Assembly: GCF_006345805.1 (NCBI RefSeq)
Contig: NC_042998.1
Coordinates: 121,954,001 to 122,018,000 of the forward strand
Direction: 5' to 3'
Length of the DNA: 64,000 bases
Origin: Octopus sinensis
Taxonomy: Eukaryota
Under the pieces are notes generated by a model that made no database searches, was not told the DNA's origin, and worked only from the letters and a program-made list of their open reading frames with translations. The position numbers and the translations under genes were made by a program. Shown one piece after another: positions 60,959 to 64,000 of this stretch. The first letter of the stretch is position 1. Each line of letters opens with the position of its first letter.

Positions 60959-62914
60959 CTAGAATACAAGAAATTGTTGCACCATCAATGTCATAGGCAT
61001 GAAAGGCTGTCAAAGAGATGAAGTACCAAGAAGCTAAGAGACTCCTCTTCAGCAACAAGGTTGGTCAGAGGCCATAACAAGCAGTACTGACCATTGTTTT
61101 GTGACAATGGGTAGAAAATGAAAACTGTATAAGAGTGATAAACTGTCGAAATAGCATAAAATAAAAGACAATGCTACAAAAAAAAAATAAAAGAAAACAA
61201 TGAATTTAAACGGAAGAGAAAGTACACAAAGAGAATCCTATCCTCTTAGAATACCTCAACTTTAAAGTGGAATGTTTGATTCAAAATTAAAACTGGAAGA
61301 AAAGAAAATCGGAGGCAGCATTAGTTGACTTTGGATGATAGACTTTTTCTAAAAACTATACTGGTAGTCAATCAGCATTTGAGGGACAGAAAATATAGAA
61401 CCTGACACAGCTCAACAAGGCCAAAACTGCTCACCAGTATTTTCAGATGGCCACTTTCCAATACCAGGAACAGAAGTTCGTTGGGGTCATGGATGCCCTG
61501 ATCTTACCAAGGTGGTGACTTCTCACCTCGGTGTGAGTAGGTTGCTATATTTGTTTTTCTCAGTGGGATCTGAACTTAGTGTGAAAAAAACTAGAATGAA
61601 TATTGGGGCAGGAGTAAGTTAATTATATTGACTCCAGTGCTCAAATGGTATTTATTTTATTGATCCTGAAAGGATGAAAGGCAAAGTCAACCTTCGTGGA
61701 ATTTGAACTTAGAAGGGAAAGACAGACAAAATACTGCTAAGCATTTTGCCTGGAGTACTAACAATTCTTCCAGCTCACCACCTTGGCTGGAGTGAATATT
61801 ACAAAGCATTTTGTCAGACACTTTAATGATTCTCCCAATTCACCTATCACATAACTAAATATATAACTAAAGTTTGGTGTCATAATGCAAGTTGAATTAT
61901 TGTATACACTGCAGAATGAAACATCTCTATTCCAAAACACAGAACTAAAAATAAATATATCAATAAATAAATAACAGTAAAGAAAAGTAACAACCTAAAC
62001 AAAGAAAAAACTATTTTCTTATTCTGTAAAAAAAAAAAAAAAAAAGAAAAATCTTTACCATACTTTAAATTCGAATGCCATATTAGAAAAAGTTACCATG
62101 AATATTTTAGCAATTAATCTTGTCATTAAAAAATATAACATGTCACAAAACCGGAGCCAATTTCAGGCTAAGGTTCTATTCCCATTGGATTGGTAGCAGA
62201 ATATAAAACTTCAGAAACTTCTTGCATTAAATAATCTCAATGTGGCAATACCTCATATTTTGAAACTTTATAAAGAGCTGAAATATTGGAAATCTGTTCA
62301 GAATAACCCAATGTGCACATTAATATCATTTGAATGAAATACCTGGCACCTATCTGTCACTAACAAGGTTTTGTTCATGTTCTAGCATTAACACATACTG
62401 CTTTTCACTCAACACTATTATTATCACTAGGGATGTTTGGTTTCCACCATAAAACTACAAAAATACCAAGTAAAGATTAATGGAAAACTAATGCAAACAG
62501 CTACAAAACATGTACCCTTCCTCTCTTTCGAAAATAAACAGATAAAAAAAACCCTCTAATTGCCATAGGCCAGCTATGAGAAACACTGATACAGAGTACT
62601 GTCAGTATATTACAAAATATGCAACCAAAGCAAAACATTGCTCCCACCTAGGGTCCACAGAGCTGCACTCAGTAGTGCAATAAAAGTAATACTATTTCAT
62701 GATGATTATGATGATGATAATGATATAATGATTTCTTAGGTTGGTGCACGTTACATGGCAAGTTTTATATATATATATATGCAAGTTATATATATATATA
62801 TATATATACAAGTTAAAATGGTTTGAGAAGTTGATGTGTTCTTTCTGTGAATGTGAAGTCTGAGCAACAGGATTGTCAATAAATGGCAATTGTCTTCTTT
62901 ATAGTACTGAAATA

Positions 62915-63500
62915 ATACATCATCATCATCCCATTCATTTTACATCCAGTTTTCAATGCTTGCATGAACTGGATGGGTCTTCTCCATCACAGTATTTTAC
63001 TTGTCAGCCTTTTCATGAAATTTGGTATTCTATGATACTTCTTTGTCCTAGTTTTTCTCTTAGTCCATTTGTGCTCTGCCATTCATGTTACATTAACATT
63101 TACACATCAAGCAGAAAATGCTCACCTCATTTCTTTCCAGTTTTGCACATCCTCATCTACTTCTCATATTTCACAACCATACAACACCGCACTCAGAAAA
63201 TAAGCATCATACAATATGACATTCATTCAAGAGTGAAAATCCTTTTGTTATTAAGAGGTAATAGCTCCTGAAACTTTCCCCATCCTGTTCTTATTTACTT
63301 CAGAGGTGCTTTGACTGCTAACTACACCTGCGCATTTGCTATATATAGTCTTCAGTCAGCTAGTTTGTGATCCCACTGTCTTCTTGTGCACTTGTAGATT
63401 CCACTGGGTACACTGTATGAAATTCCTACCTAGTCTTTTTCTGCATTTTGAATAAGTATGGCAGCAGAGTCCTGTCTTTTCACTAAGCAGAATTTTTGTT
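62915..63500 (-). mobile_element. Decayed RTE LINE 3' fragment
   Basis: Minus strand GRNFIQCTQWNLQVHK and IRTGWGKFQELLPL, similar to the 2900-3260 copy; (CAT)n at ~62918. Confidence 0.7.
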
Positions 63501-63576
63501 TTTGCTATGCTTGTTCAGGAAAATTAATTCTATAATGCTGCAGGACTTGTCAGTATGATAGACAATACAGAACTAC

Positions 63577-63871
63577 CTGACAGACACTACAATTCTAGGT
63601 TTCAGTAAGAGTGGTTCATATTTACAGACATTACTGTTTGCATTATTAAAGTGTGAGCTGAAAGCAGATGTTCTAAAGGGATAGTTAACTTCAATAATTG
63701 TGTGACAGGTTGGGATAAGGTCTGTAAAGCTTATAGTCATGTATATGTCAAAGACAGTGGGATCCTGATTTCCTTCATCTGTAACATCATAAGTCAATAC
63801 GGGTTCCTCAAAGTGGCTGCTCAACATACTAGAAAAAGTAGCTAAATCCTTTTCAAATTCCACCCAGCAGT
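63577..63871 (-). CDS. Candidate coding exon (295 nt) of an unidentified host gene
   Basis: 97 open codons of complex composition (CWVEFEKDLATFSSMLSSHFEEPVLTYDVTDEGNQDPTVFDIYMTISF...KPRIVVSV) between CTTTCCATTTTTCTAAG and AG|GTAGTT, in non-repeat DNA. No family recognised. Confidence 0.4.
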
Positions 63872-64000
63872 CTTAGAAAAATGGAAAGCCAATTTGGAAA
63901 ATATGGTTACAGATACATTATGTCTGGAAGAAACAAAATAAAATGAAACTAAAAAAACAGAGGTGGGGGGTTCAAAGCTGGACCACCTTTAACGATAGGT

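Overview
AT-rich, microsatellite-dense eukaryotic DNA with no prokaryotic features. The repeat set points to an octopus/coleoid genome (inference): CORE-like and other tRNA-derived SINEs, RTE LINEs with (GAT)n tails, R4/Dong-type RLE retroelements in (TAA)n, mariner and DD37D transposons, Helitrons and MITEs. Nearly all ORF-track entries are microsatellite or TE artefacts. A few candidate exons suggest a long minus-strand host gene, which I could not identify. The stand-out structure is at 43382-44814: a very young, non-coding array of 353-bp units. It carries three intact type I hammerhead ribozymes, is arranged as a ~515-bp-arm palindrome plus extra tandem copies, and is inserted in (TA)n, so it looks like a retrozyme or Penelope-pLTR-like element. 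Decayed hammerhead-like motifs occur at ~10.75 kb and in an older inverted pair at 20.4-20.7 kb. A branchpoint-polypyrimidine-AG|GTAAGT site, a candidate recursive splice site, lies at 33108 on the minus strand. Coordinates were counted by hand, and the ends of decayed repeats are approximate.
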